Virus record (IMG/VR): IMGVR_UViG_2909314774_000001
Strand: one strand, 5' to 3'
DNA length: 64,000 bases
Source: a virus
Taxonomy: Duplodnaviria > Heunggongvirae > Uroviricota > Caudoviricetes
A program made the position numbers and the translations under genes. Positions within the stretch are counted from its first letter, which is position 1. Every line of letters begins with the position of its first letter. This document shows positions 20,829 through 31,636 of the stretch, piece after piece. The notes beneath the pieces were generated by a model. That model was not told the DNA's origin. It made no database searches and saw nothing but the letters and a program-made list of their open reading frames with translations.

Positions 20829-21146
20829 GTATTCCTCCTGATGGCCGTGATGTAGGAAGGCCATCAATCTCCTCTGTTCAAACTGAGTTTTCGACTCAAA
20901 AATTACTTTAAAAGGCTATAGCCCATTACGTGTGCATTATCAAATTGTGTACGGCATATCACCGTACTTGTAATATAGAGGTCATTGTTACTTTTTTCAA
21001 CAGACAAATACAAGCTATGATTGCCAATTGTTAATCACAACCTACCATTTAACCTTTACACCGCAGCCGTAGGCATTTAGGCTATATCACATATAAGAAA
21101 ACAAGTTGTTTCAGACGATAATTATATACGCAAAGGGAACTCTCCA

Positions 21147-21815
21147 ATGACCAAGATCTTTGTGGTTGGCGGCACAAAGGGCGGGCCTGGCAAATCCACC
21201 GTTGCCCAGCAAATTGCCGTTTGCCTGAAAGTCAAAAAGAAGAAGAAGGTTTATATTACCGATATAGATATTCAGCGCACGACAACGAGCTGGTGTGAAG
21301 ACCGTCGACAGAACGAAGACCTTGAGCTGATTCCTTTTGCATACGTTCAGGATGACATCATTAAGCACCTAAAATCGCTTCAGGGTAGAGCTGAGTTTGT
21401 AGTGGTAGATGCCGGTGGCTTTGACTCCGAAATTCAGCGACAAGCGATGCTGATGGCTGACGTTATCATTATCCCGCTTCGTCCTAAGCGTCGTGATTTG
21501 AAATCTCTGCGTGACATTGATCCTATTATCGACAATGTTCGTAATGTAAACGATAAAGTGAAGGTCCGCGCGGTCATGAACCAGTGCCCGGCTTTGCCAT
21601 CACAAGTGTCTCGCATTCTGGCGGCTAAAGAGATTGTCGAGACGTTTGGCATCGAGTCTGCGCCAGTCAATCTATATAACCGCAACGTCTATGATGATGC
21701 GGAAGAGTCTGGTCGTTCTATCTTTGAAATGACCGGTAGCGAGCGCGACAAAAAGGCGGAAGCCGAGTTTGAAGAATTTGTAGATTATCTGTTGAGTCTG
21801 GAGGAAGAAGAATAA
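21147..21815 (+). CDS. ParA-type partition ATPase (small, deviant Walker A)
   Basis: VVGGTKGGPGKST deviant Walker A (KGGxGKS/T), 222 aa, followed by an overlapping small RHH protein. Confidence 0.8.
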   Translation: MTKIFVVGGTKGGPGKSTVAQQIAVCLKVKKKKKVYITDIDIQRTTTSWCEDRRQNEDLELIPFAYVQDDIIKHLKSLQGRAEFVVVDAGGFDSEIQRQAMLMADVIIIPLRPKRRDLKSLRDIDPIIDNVRNVNDKVKVRAVMNQCPALPSQVSRILAAKEIVETFGIESAPVNLYNRNVYDDAEESGRSIFEMTGSERDKKAEAEFEEFVDYLLSLEEEE

Positions 21816-22174
21816 TGTCCATGAAAATGGGTGACCTAGCAAAGCGCAAAGAGCCTGATGCACCGGCTAAGAACACAACTCCTTTGCGCCAACCAGTCAG
21901 ACCACAGGGACGCCCGACTCGTGGCAAAGAGAAAATTAAAAGCCGCACAATGTCACTGGAGGACGAATACTTCGAACTGCTGGAGATGATGAAGTTCATC
22001 CCTCGCTTCGAGAAATTCACCCGCTCTGATGTGATTCGTGCTGCTATTTTCCATCTTGCGGAGAAGACACCGCAGGAAATCGAGGACATCGTGAAACTTA
22101 ACGAGGCGATCACAGCTGCCGATGTCACGATGCGTACCGATGAAATTAAACGCGAGTTGATGAAGAAAGGGTGA
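21815..22174 (+). CDS. small centromere-binding partition protein (ParG-like RHH)
   Basis: 119 aa, start overlaps ParA stop; unstructured basic N-terminus and C-terminal RHH-like segment (SLEDEYFELLEMM...RSDVIRAAIFHL). Confidence 0.55.
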   Translation: MSMKMGDLAKRKEPDAPAKNTTPLRQPVRPQGRPTRGKEKIKSRTMSLEDEYFELLEMMKFIPRFEKFTRSDVIRAAIFHLAEKTPQEIEDIVKLNEAITAADVTMRTDEIKRELMKKG

Positions 22175-22225
22175 TTATATTGGGCGTTTGTTACGCCCAA
22201 TATATGAGTTGAAGGATAGACACCA

Positions 22226-23932
22226 ATGGAATCGATAGAAGTATTTTTAAAAAATTTTTTGGACTCAGATCATCGGGTTGCTGTCATAAAAGGAAATTGG
22301 GGAGTAGGTAAAACGCATTATTGGAATAGCTTTTATACTAAACATTCTAAAAAATTAGATTTTAATGCATATTCATATGTTTCTTTGTTTGGAATAAATT
22401 CTATTGGAGACATTAAAAAAGCTCTTTATCATTGTGCCACACCAATTAATGAAAAGAAATATAAAGAACTGATTTTATCTGAAACGGATCGAACTATGAT
22501 TCGTTATAGAAATGGGTTTTGGGGATGGTTGAAATACAACTCCTTGTCAAAATTTTTAATACATTTTGGAAAGAACGATTTTTTTGGGTTCAAAACTGAT
22601 AATCTGCTGTCATCTCTTGAGTATAAATTTGTTAATAATTATTTGGTTTGCATTGATGATATTGAACGAAAAGGTAGTGCGCTAGAAATTAAAGAGATTA
22701 TGGGGGTAATTGATGAGTTGGCAAGAAGAAAAAATTGCAAGGTTGTTCTAATATTAAATGAAGATAACTTACATGAAGAAACTGCACAACAACAGTTTTT
22801 AGAGTATAGAGAAAAAATAATTGATGTGGAAATAAAATACGATCCCACGCCTGAGAAAAACTTAAGAAAAGTTTTTTATGAGACTGACCCTGATTTTCTT
22901 TTGTTAAAAAACCTAGTAAATGATTTAAACATCAAAAACATTAGAATATTAAATAAAATAAAATCATCTCTAGTTATATTTAGAGATGTGCTAAAGTTAG
23001 CAGAGGATAAGGTTAGAGAAAGTTTTATTAATAGATTGGTCTTATTTTCAGTGGTTTACTATTTTGGTGTTCCTAGCGTTGATTATGCTTCATTTAAGGA
23101 GTCAATCAAAAATATACATGCATTCGACTATATGTTAGATGATAAAGATGAAAAGGAAGAAGTTAACTCTGTATATTCATTTGTTAATAGCCTTGATGTT
23201 ATTTATGAACGAGCAGAAAGTGCTTTCGATGATGATATAGATTTTTACCTTAAGAACGGTTATGTTTCTTCTGAAAGCAATATTCTAAATATAATAAAAG
23301 AAAAAAATGAACAATATAGAGATAATAGGGTTTTATGTGAGGTTTATAAAATTTGGGATGTTTTTAGAAACTCTTTTAAAGATAATGAATCAGAGTTTAT
23401 TTTTCAAATTGAGCGCGTAATTAACGATAGTCTGTTGCGTATACCAATTGGACAGTTCGTAGGTTTAATAAATGTCCTAATTAAATTGGATAGAGATTGT
23501 AATAATATTATAGAGGCATATGCAGATGCTTTTGTTAATAAAGAAAATGCGTATGCTACATTTAATTCTTTGCGAGTAGAGATCTTCGGAAATGAAGAAT
23601 TAGGTTTCAGAATTGAAAAAAAATTGAAAGATAGAAATCCAGATGACTATAACTTAGATAAAATTATAAAAAAAATAGCTGGTGGAAGATTTAACCATAG
23701 TGATGTGAATATTCTTAACAGTTTTTCTAAAGATGATTACGTAAACTGGATATTATCCTGTGATCAGGATGCTTTGAATTTAGTAGAAGAGACTATGCTC
23801 AAGTTCAAGGGTATGCAACACCCGACAGACGAACAGAAGAGCATCACTGATAAAGCAATAGAAGCTTTGGAGGAAGTTGCTTCAAAATCAACACTTAATA
23901 AGCTGCGTGTTAATAAAATACTCAATCATTAA
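22226..23932 (+). CDS. KAP-family-like P-loop NTPase in low-GC cargo region
   Basis: Walker A GNWGVGKT at residues ~23-30 and Walker B-like LVCIDDIER ~110 aa downstream (KAP NTPases typically hhhhDDLDR); gene is markedly AT-rich, with Asn/Lys/Ile-rich codon usage unlike its neighbours. Confidence 0.55.
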   Translation: MESIEVFLKNFLDSDHRVAVIKGNWGVGKTHYWNSFYTKHSKKLDFNAYSYVSLFGINSIGDIKKALYHCATPINEKKYKELILSETDRTMIRYRNGFWGWLKYNSLSKFLIHFGKNDFFGFKTDNLLSSLEYKFVNNYLVCIDDIERKGSALEIKEIMGVIDELARRKNCKVVLILNEDNLHEETAQQQFLEYREKIIDVEIKYDPTPEKNLRKVFYETDPDFLLLKNLVNDLNIKNIRILNKIKSSLVIFRDVLKLAEDKVRESFINRLVLFSVVYYFGVPSVDYASFKESIKNIHAFDYMLDDKDEKEEVNSVYSFVNSLDVIYERAESAFDDDIDFYLKNGYVSSESNILNIIKEKNEQYRDNRVLCEVYKIWDVFRNSFKDNESEFIFQIERVINDSLLRIPIGQFVGLINVLIKLDRDCNNIIEAYADAFVNKENAYATFNSLRVEIFGNEELGFRIEKKLKDRNPDDYNLDKIIKKIAGGRFNHSDVNILNSFSKDDYVNWILSCDQDALNLVEETMLKFKGMQHPTDEQKSITDKAIEALEEVASKSTLNKLRVNKILNH

Positions 23933-24113
23933 TAGATTATGACCTGCTTCCGTATGTATTTAATAAGTTACTTATTATTTGTATATACAGAAGCAGGTCT
24001 TTTAAAGACACCCACCAGAACAAGTCCCTTCCGTTTCCACTTCCAAAAACTGCCACCAGTCGCTATCATCCGCTCATTGTGATAAGTAAGTAACTACCTA
24101 CCAGGTGAGCCAC

Positions 24114-24854
24114 ATGAGCCAAATCTTTTTCGATACCATCGACAACGACCAGTACGACTTCATGACAGAGTGGAATACCGCTGTTATGGACAAGTGGGTT
24201 GCTGAAAACATTGGTTTGTCGCGCTGCAAAGACGAGGCTGAACTGTTTGAGACGAAGTGGTTTGATTACCGCGATATGCATCCTCTCATGGCCACCTGTC
24301 TGTTTACGGAGGCATACAAACGTCAGTACTCAAATATCATGCTGACGCACGGTCGTGAACACTTTGAAACAGCTCCGTTCACCACCGGGTTAAAACGCTT
24401 GCCTTATCAGGAGTTGTCGACTGCTAATAAAACGTCGCTATGGAAAGCACGCCAGTTTGCGGATCGCTATTGCTGCTCATACGACTACTTTATCTCCACT
24501 GTTCTTTCCGCAGCTGCACGACGTCTGTGGGACAAGCTGCCTCGCCCACAGCATTTGTGGCAGCCAGAACTGATTGAGATATTTGAAGAGAAATTAGCCA
24601 GACGCGCAACAACCCGTCTGGATGACTCTCTGGTTAGCTTTAAGCATATGGGAGACATGCAGTTCAACCCGATTCAGGAAAGCTATTTTGAGTGGATTCT
24701 GGAGCGTTTGCGCACCATCCCTCGCAGCAAGCGCATACGCGCAATTTTCTCCGCTATCTGGCTAATGGAAATCGTTCCAGAGCGCCTTATTTCCGACCAC
24801 TTTCCAGAAGAACTGGAAGAAGCACGGCGGTTTATTGATCCCCTATCTAATTAA
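24114..24854 (+). CDS. hypothetical protein
   Basis: ORF with backbone-like GC, preceded by the conserved intergenic TAAGTA motif; no recognisable domain. Confidence 0.4.
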   Translation: MSQIFFDTIDNDQYDFMTEWNTAVMDKWVAENIGLSRCKDEAELFETKWFDYRDMHPLMATCLFTEAYKRQYSNIMLTHGREHFETAPFTTGLKRLPYQELSTANKTSLWKARQFADRYCCSYDYFISTVLSAAARRLWDKLPRPQHLWQPELIEIFEEKLARRATTRLDDSLVSFKHMGDMQFNPIQESYFEWILERLRTIPRSKRIRAIFSAIWLMEIVPERLISDHFPEELEEARRFIDPLSN

Positions 24855-24897
24855 CTAATACTAGAAAACAATTTGTTTAAAAAACAAAGGAAAGCAC

Positions 24898-26238
24898 ATG
24901 ACCGAACTTTGCCATACAGGACGCGGGCTGTCCGAAGAGTTTGATGAAGATTTCCAGAACAGACTGACGGCATATTTTTGTCGTGATCACGAGTTTCTTA
25001 CTCGTGCGGGAGATCTGGTTGTGCCTAGCCAGTTTGCCAATGCGGCCAATGCCATATTGGTTAATATGGTTTCGGGCTATTACCGTATGTACAAGAGCGC
25101 GCCCTCTTCATCTGCAATTCTGGATATGCTTAAGCGTGCGAAACGCGATAAGACTATCCGTGAGGAACTATTCGCCGATGTTGTTGCTGCGTTTAAGCGC
25201 ATTCTTGCAGAAAAATTGTCCGATACCTCGTACATGGTTGACCAGGTATCAACCTTCGCAAAAAGTGTAGCGTTTGATGATGCTCTGATTAAGGCTGCTG
25301 AACTGAAAGAGAAAGGCGACTTTCAGGGGGCGATGGCAATCATGGCCAAGGTTCAGCAGATTGGATCGAACGAAGCGACCGGAATCTATGACTACTACAC
25401 CTCCGCAAGTGAGCGATTGAAAGCGCGTGAATATGAGGCTTCAGAGGAGTATGTACCAAACAGTATTACAACTGGACTCCCTCTTCTCGATAGGTTGCTG
25501 TACCAAAAAGGCTGGGCAAAGCGCGAAATGGTGCTCTTCATGGGGTTCGCTAAATCCGGTAAATCGACCGCAATGGGTGAGTTTTCCATAAACGCAACGC
25601 TTGCTGGCTACAATGTTCTGTATCTCTCGCTGGAGGTTCACACCACCATTTTATCCGACCGTTTTGATGCAAGATTGTCGGAGACAGAAATGTCCAAGCT
25701 GGTGGAACGGCGCGATGAGGTTCATCGTAAGTTGGCAGAGTTGGGAGCCACGAAGGGGATTGGTAGTTTGTGGGTGGTTGAGCGTCCGTCAGGAAGTATG
25801 TCACCGGCAGATCTGGACCGTATGCTTAACAGCATGAAAGCCAACGGCATGGTACCTGACATGGTTGTTGTCGACTACGCAGATTTGATGCGTGCCAGTT
25901 ATGACCTTCGTGATGATCGCGCCAACATTCGTAGTATCTACACCGATTTACGTGCTCTTTATGACAAGCATAACGTTGCTGGGATCACGGCATCGCAGAC
26001 AAACCGTGAAGGTGGAGCGTCAGAAGTTGCCACAATGATGCACGCTGCCGACAACATCGAAAAAGTACGTATTGCTGACCTGGTAATAACGATCAACAAA
26101 ACCGAAGAAGAAGAAGCGAAAGGAGAGGCTCGTCTCTACTTTGCTGGTTCACGTAACCAGCAGGGAGGGATCAGCATTCGCGTTAAACAAAACCTCGAAC
26201 AAATGCGCTTCATTGAGCGAATCTTAGACGTTACCTAA
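24898..26238 (+). CDS. DnaB-like replicative DNA helicase (RecA-fold)
   Basis: Walker A FMGFAKSGKST followed by SLEV and VVVDYADLM Walker B-like motifs, as in DnaB/T7 gp4 helicase domains; conserved AAAGGAAAGCACATG start context. Confidence 0.7.
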   Translation: MTELCHTGRGLSEEFDEDFQNRLTAYFCRDHEFLTRAGDLVVPSQFANAANAILVNMVSGYYRMYKSAPSSSAILDMLKRAKRDKTIREELFADVVAAFKRILAEKLSDTSYMVDQVSTFAKSVAFDDALIKAAELKEKGDFQGAMAIMAKVQQIGSNEATGIYDYYTSASERLKAREYEASEEYVPNSITTGLPLLDRLLYQKGWAKREMVLFMGFAKSGKSTAMGEFSINATLAGYNVLYLSLEVHTTILSDRFDARLSETEMSKLVERRDEVHRKLAELGATKGIGSLWVVERPSGSMSPADLDRMLNSMKANGMVPDMVVVDYADLMRASYDLRDDRANIRSIYTDLRALYDKHNVAGITASQTNREGGASEVATMMHAADNIEKVRIADLVITINKTEEEEAKGEARLYFAGSRNQQGGISIRVKQNLEQMRFIERILDVT

Positions 26239-26319
26239 AAAATAAGCGTGGAGAACACCTCCACGCTTGATTCATTGGTGAAACAACTTTTCTTTTGCCA
26301 AACCACAAAAGAAAAACAC

Positions 26320-27498
26320 ATGAGCCTTTATGTTATATCAACATTTAGGTTGGTCACAATATTGCCTGTTAAAAGTGGAATTATCGTGAGCGAGCTGAAA
26401 GAGCTAATTACCGAATTAGATTTTGAACAATGGTTGGATACTGAAGGTATCGTTTATCGACGTGGAGGCGTGAGTGCTCGCGGTCGTGAAGTGAATATCA
26501 AGGAATGTCCGGTATGCGGCAGCTCCAACTGGAAGGTATATTTCAATCTGACCAGTGGCGTCGGCAAATGCTTTGCTGGTGATCATCCCGAAGAGATTCA
26601 GTTCAATAAGCTGGTCTTCCTCAAGCACTACAGCGGCAAATCACGACGACAGTTCGAGGAATATGTGCAGAACGCCCTTCTTTCCCAGGGGTGGGCACCA
26701 AAGAAAGAAGAGATAGTGCTTGCAAGCACAGTCGAGTTAGAGGGACCACTTGCACTCCCTCGTCATTACGAACTTCCTATAGATGGCCGTCTTCCAGACT
26801 ATCTGGTTGAACGAAACATATCGCCTGAAATGGCAAAGTATTTTGACCTACGATACTGCGTCGAAGGCAAGCACGCCTATGTAGATCCGTATACAGATCA
26901 GGTTAAAGGACAGATATTCGATATGCGAATACTGATACCGGTTTACGATCTGGATGGGGTAATGAAGACATTTCAGGGACGAGACATTACCGGTACAGCA
27001 GAACGCCGCTACCTCTTTCCTATGCAGCTTCCAGCTTCAGGTAAGTTTCTCTACAACGGCCATAATGCAGTCGGCAAACAGACTGTAGTTGTCTGTGAGG
27101 GGGCGTTCGATGTTATGGGGGTTAAACGAGCTATTTTTGACGAAGAAACATTACGTGATTACGTGGAACCAATAGGAACGTTCGGGATGCATCTATCTGG
27201 TAACACCACTCAGGATGCAGAAGATCAGTTAGGCGCGTTCCTGACGCTCAAGGCGCGTGGGTTACGTAATGTGATCATGATGTGGGATAGTGAAAAGCAA
27301 GCTATACGTAATACGATGGCCGCAGCCAGGCGACTGACCAGTATTGGTCTTAATGTCAAAGTGGCGTGTTTGGGCGAGGAAGGACTCGACCCGGGCGATG
27401 CAACGCCAGAGCAAATCATCAAAGCCTATTATCGGGCAAAACCGTATACCAAGCAGTTGGAGTTACAAAGCAAGGTTTTGGGCATTAAGGCTCTATGA
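26320..27498 (+). CDS. DNA primase (zinc-ribbon plus TOPRIM)
   Basis: CPVCGSS...CFAGDH zinc-binding motif then TOPRIM-like VVVCEGAFDVMGV and MMWDSEKQ; start moved to ATG 26320, which carries the conserved AAGAAAAACACATG context. Confidence 0.65.
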   Translation: MSLYVISTFRLVTILPVKSGIIVSELKELITELDFEQWLDTEGIVYRRGGVSARGREVNIKECPVCGSSNWKVYFNLTSGVGKCFAGDHPEEIQFNKLVFLKHYSGKSRRQFEEYVQNALLSQGWAPKKEEIVLASTVELEGPLALPRHYELPIDGRLPDYLVERNISPEMAKYFDLRYCVEGKHAYVDPYTDQVKGQIFDMRILIPVYDLDGVMKTFQGRDITGTAERRYLFPMQLPASGKFLYNGHNAVGKQTVVVCEGAFDVMGVKRAIFDEETLRDYVEPIGTFGMHLSGNTTQDAEDQLGAFLTLKARGLRNVIMMWDSEKQAIRNTMAAARRLTSIGLNVKVACLGEEGLDPGDATPEQIIKAYYRAKPYTKQLELQSKVLGIKAL

Positions 27499-27576
27499 TA
27501 ACAATCACCTTTAAAATAAGTAGATGATTACTTATCTTTCTGTGAGAATACTTTCATCTGTTAGCTAGGAGTTGGT

Positions 27577-28353
27577 ATGAAAGACGAAATTCAGAAATTA
27601 GCCTGCGACATCATTGATAAAACTGGTTTAGAAATCAGCGAGAGCAATCGGCTAGACATCATTGAAAAAGCCGTAAAAACAGCAATGGATCATATCGCCA
27701 CTCGTTTGGTCGAGATCCCGCTACCAGGGCTACCTTATCTGAAAGTTGAGTTACACGTATGGGGTGAACCTTCTTGTTCACGGCGTTCTGCATTAGTTGT
27801 TTTTATTAGCAAAGAAAACCCGCTCAGTCTTAAAGTGCAGGTTGGTGCATGGATGGATGGAAAAGTGATCTACACAAATACCGTTTTTTGTCTTTCAAAC
27901 GACGAAACTATTGAAGCGGCCATTCAAGAAGCAGTTCTAGCAATGCGCAGCAGCGGTTTGATGAAGAATAACTACGAAGAGTACTTGCGTTCGATAAGTG
28001 GTGAAAAGACATTATCTCTGAAAGCAGATTTCGTTACCCCGAAAAATCTGTTGGAAGTCTTGCTTAATAAAGGGGCTAATGATGCCGTAAATGTAATCAG
28101 AGAGAGTGAGTATGCGTCTCTTTGCGACATGTGCAAAAGCCAGTTGGATCTGGTGCATATCGTTATTGATGCTGGGAAGGCATGTGATGGCGTAATGGCG
28201 GAATTTGCTTGGAAGGTGGTCAGGATTGCTAACGAATTACCGATGATAGAGCAAGAGGCCAAATCATACGCCACCAATCATGTCACAGAGCTTCTTGTCC
28301 CCTATCGCTTAGAAAGCAATCAGCGCAAGATGGTTAGCTGGGGAAGTTGGTAA
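27577..28353 (+). CDS. hypothetical protein
   Basis: 258-aa ORF with AGGAG RBS; no recognisable motif. Confidence 0.35.
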   Translation: MKDEIQKLACDIIDKTGLEISESNRLDIIEKAVKTAMDHIATRLVEIPLPGLPYLKVELHVWGEPSCSRRSALVVFISKENPLSLKVQVGAWMDGKVIYTNTVFCLSNDETIEAAIQEAVLAMRSSGLMKNNYEEYLRSISGEKTLSLKADFVTPKNLLEVLLNKGANDAVNVIRESEYASLCDMCKSQLDLVHIVIDAGKACDGVMAEFAWKVVRIANELPMIEQEAKSYATNHVTELLVPYRLESNQRKMVSWGSW

Positions 28354-28408
28354 TCTCTCCGCGCGTCGTTTTTTACGCAAATAACGATAGGTAAGTACAA
28401 GATTATTT

Positions 28409-28891
28409 ATGGCGGTAGTTGTGAAAGCTGATTTGTCAAAAATCCCTTCTATTTCAGGAAATAACGGTTATTCACTTCGTTGTGAGGAAGTAAAGATAAA
28501 CGGTGAGTCGGCATATTGCAGCTATTCCGTTTGCCAGCACACCATTCTTGCCTTCAAAGAAAACCGTCTTCCTCGAACTTCTTTCCAGTCGTGCGCAACC
28601 GCTATCAAAGAAGGCAAATGCAAGGCGTTAAAAATGATGGTTGAAGAGATTCGTAAAGGAGAATCTCTGTATTTCGAAGATATGACCGCGCTCATTAAGG
28701 AGGTTGAAGAACGGAATAAACAAGCCAGAACTATAAAACGAAAACGTGACAGTGTAACGATTAATAGCATGGTTAAGAAGAGCACCACATCACAAACAGC
28801 GATCACTGACGTGTATGCGGCGTTGCTTGAAGAAACAACAAAAGAAACACATGAGCAAATCGATCAACATATGGAGGCAAAACAACAATGA
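28409..28891 (+). CDS. hypothetical protein (Cys-containing)
   Basis: 160-aa ORF preceded by TAAGTA motif; C..C....C.H cluster near N-terminus. Confidence 0.35.
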   Translation: MAVVVKADLSKIPSISGNNGYSLRCEEVKINGESAYCSYSVCQHTILAFKENRLPRTSFQSCATAIKEGKCKALKMMVEEIRKGESLYFEDMTALIKEVEERNKQARTIKRKRDSVTINSMVKKSTTSQTAITDVYAALLEETTKETHEQIDQHMEAKQQ

Positions 28892-30210
28892 AAAAGTTGA
28901 TCGCACTTAAGCATAAGCTGGACGAAATGAAAGCTATGGGAACCAATGCAAAAAAAGAGGCATTGGCCAACATGGATGACTTCGAGCAAAGCATGGTTTC
29001 ATTGATGCTCAACCCTTTCATCCGTTTTGGGGTAAAGAAATACAAAGTGGCAGAGCCGCTTAGTGAGTCCGTCCCAAGTGACGAAAAAGCCATTGATATA
29101 CTGAATAAGCTGGCCTCTCGCGAGCTGACGGGGAACGCAGCAATAGCTGCTGTTGAGTCTATCGTGGCGTCAATGTGCGCCGATGGGCAGGACGTGTTCC
29201 GTCGTTTCCTCTTAAAAGATCCGAAAGCTGGCGTTGGGATTAGCCTATGCAACAAGGTTTTTGAAAATCCCATTCCGAAATTTGAGGTGCAGCTGGCGTC
29301 ACCGTATAAAGAAAAAGGCGACAAATACCCCTTCAAGCCAAATCCTAAAGCCAAATGGCCGATGATTGGCAGCCTTAAGCTCGATGGTTTGCGAGTAATT
29401 TGTGAGGTTATTGTTGACGAGGAAGAGGTGAACTTCCTTTCTCGTACTGGTAATCCAATCACGTCTCTCGATCACCTAAAGCCAGCCATGCTCGAATTAG
29501 GCAAACTTTCAGGCCACAAACACATCTTCTTCGATGGTGAAGGAACAGCCGGTTCATTTAACCAGTCCGTATCTGCATTGCGCAAAAAGAACGTGCAGGC
29601 AATTGGCGCTATTTATCATGTTTTCGACTTCTTCCTACCGGAATGGCGGGCACAGGCTAAATCCAAAGAGTATGCAAAGACAGGTATGAAGCTGAAAGAG
29701 CGCCTGGCTATTCTCGTGGCGTTGTTCAAAAACGATCGCAGTGAAGACTACGCGCAAGACATTCACCTACATCCGTTCTACATCATCCATAGCCACGAAG
29801 ACTTCATCGAACGCTTCATGAAACGCCTGGACGATAACGAAGAAGGGGAGATGGGCAAAGATCCGAACTCTGTTTACGAGTTTAAACGTACCCGCAGCTG
29901 GTGGAAGTTAAAAGACGAAGATTCAGAAGATGGTGAAATTATCGACTTTGAGCCTGGCGACCCGGACTCTGGTTTTGCCAACACGCTTGGAAAAATTGTT
30001 ATTCGTCTTGAAAACGGCGTCATCGTTCGTGCGAGTGGCATTAAGCATAAATATCTGGACGAGATCTGGAACAACAAAGAGAAGTACCGTGGTCGTATTG
30101 TCGAGGTTCATTGTCACGAGAAAACACCTGATGGCAGCTTACGCCACCCACGACTGAAATGGCCGCGTTGCTTACGCGATACCGAAGATCGAATCGGAGA
30201 TAAAGAATGA
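28888..30210 (+). CDS. ATP-dependent DNA ligase
   Basis: Adenylation motif I K-L-D-G (IGSLKLDGLRV), further nucleotidyltransferase-like motifs (FFDGEG, WWKLK) and C-terminal OB-fold-like region. Confidence 0.75.
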   Translation: MKKLIALKHKLDEMKAMGTNAKKEALANMDDFEQSMVSLMLNPFIRFGVKKYKVAEPLSESVPSDEKAIDILNKLASRELTGNAAIAAVESIVASMCADGQDVFRRFLLKDPKAGVGISLCNKVFENPIPKFEVQLASPYKEKGDKYPFKPNPKAKWPMIGSLKLDGLRVICEVIVDEEEVNFLSRTGNPITSLDHLKPAMLELGKLSGHKHIFFDGEGTAGSFNQSVSALRKKNVQAIGAIYHVFDFFLPEWRAQAKSKEYAKTGMKLKERLAILVALFKNDRSEDYAQDIHLHPFYIIHSHEDFIERFMKRLDDNEEGEMGKDPNSVYEFKRTRSWWKLKDEDSEDGEIIDFEPGDPDSGFANTLGKIVIRLENGVIVRASGIKHKYLDEIWNNKEKYRGRIVEVHCHEKTPDGSLRHPRLKWPRCLRDTEDRIGDKE

Positions 30211-31636
30211 TCGTATTAAGTAAAAGGGAGAAAGAAACGCTTCATGAAATCAGTAAGTGGCCGGAGTTCCCTGAGTACTGGAAGCCTAAAACGCGAGCTA
30301 AGTTAGAGCGTTTAGGGTTGGTTGCAAACGTTTCTGAAACGTGGTGCTCGGCCAACTACCAGTTAACTGATAAAGGGAAAGTATTGCTACAGCAATTAGT
30401 AGAATCAGGAGTGTTAAAATGATTCCATACATCTCATTAGCTTTTATGGGTGGCTTCCTTATCGGCTTCGGCATCTGTCGTGATTTAATTAAGCAGGAAC
30501 TTAAAACCAAAACACTGTGCATCGGAAAGCGTGTGTATCGGGTAGTTCATGAAACAAAGGTTAGAAAATGAGCAATTTAACTTCTTGGGACTGGTGGTTG
30601 GCCACCTATTTCTTAGCGGCCGGAGTCGCATTCGCCTTTTACGTAGGTCAGTTAGTCGTAAAACTGCTGCTGATTAAATTTGCCAGTCATAAACGTATCG
30701 ATGATGGTCTGTGGCGTCTTGGCACCCTGGTGGAAACTCGCTACGGGCAACTTAAGGAGAACGAAACCATTACTATCCAAGCGAAACGGTTCACTGCCAC
30801 CATCACAAGAACACCTAGTCGTAGAGTGGCCTTGATCAAAAAAGTCACAACCGAATAAAAATACAATGATAAGTATTTACTTACTTATCTTTTATGTATA
30901 AGATGACTTTGTTTTCGTTGAGACGCGACTGTTTGAACTTAAATACAAGTGCAAACGAAGAAGTCTATCTGGCAGTAGCCTAATAAGCCAAACACCAGCG
31001 AGGTCAGTTTCCAGCCTCGTTACCGAAATGGGACACACTGAGCGAGTGTGATTGCAGAACGCAGGAGGGAACATTCATGTTCCCTCCGATGAAGTAACAG
31101 AATGGGCGGTTGGTATATTTTCAACTCCATATGACTCCCGGATTCTTAGCCACTGACCGCCCATCCTGTTACGTCATTTTGTTCAATTATGCCGTTTATA
31201 CTGGGTTAAAAAGCGGCGACGTAGCCCGGCTGGTATGGTTAGCCAGCACACAACGTTGAGGCCATTACATTTTTATCAATTCTAAGGTTCTATTCACAGA
31301 GATACCGGCGAGCGTTGATATGTAACATGTTGGGCAAACATTCAATCGGAGTAGTGGCCTCAACGTTGTGAAGACGGGATTGTTGTGTAGGTTTAACCAC
31401 TGTTGCCATTGGTGCCTGTTTTCACAACAAATGATTCCATACATCACATTGTATAAATTACAAAGTAGGTGCTGTCCTCAGAAACATCATCTACTTAAAG
31501 ATTTTGCCTTCTACTATTGAGCGAAGTCGAAAGCGTCTGGCACTAACGAAAAGTGCAAGTAGCGGTGCGTTTCCTGGCAGAAACTAAACCGTCGCGATTG
31601 GCACTGTTGAGTAATAAATACTGGCAGTGCTGAATT

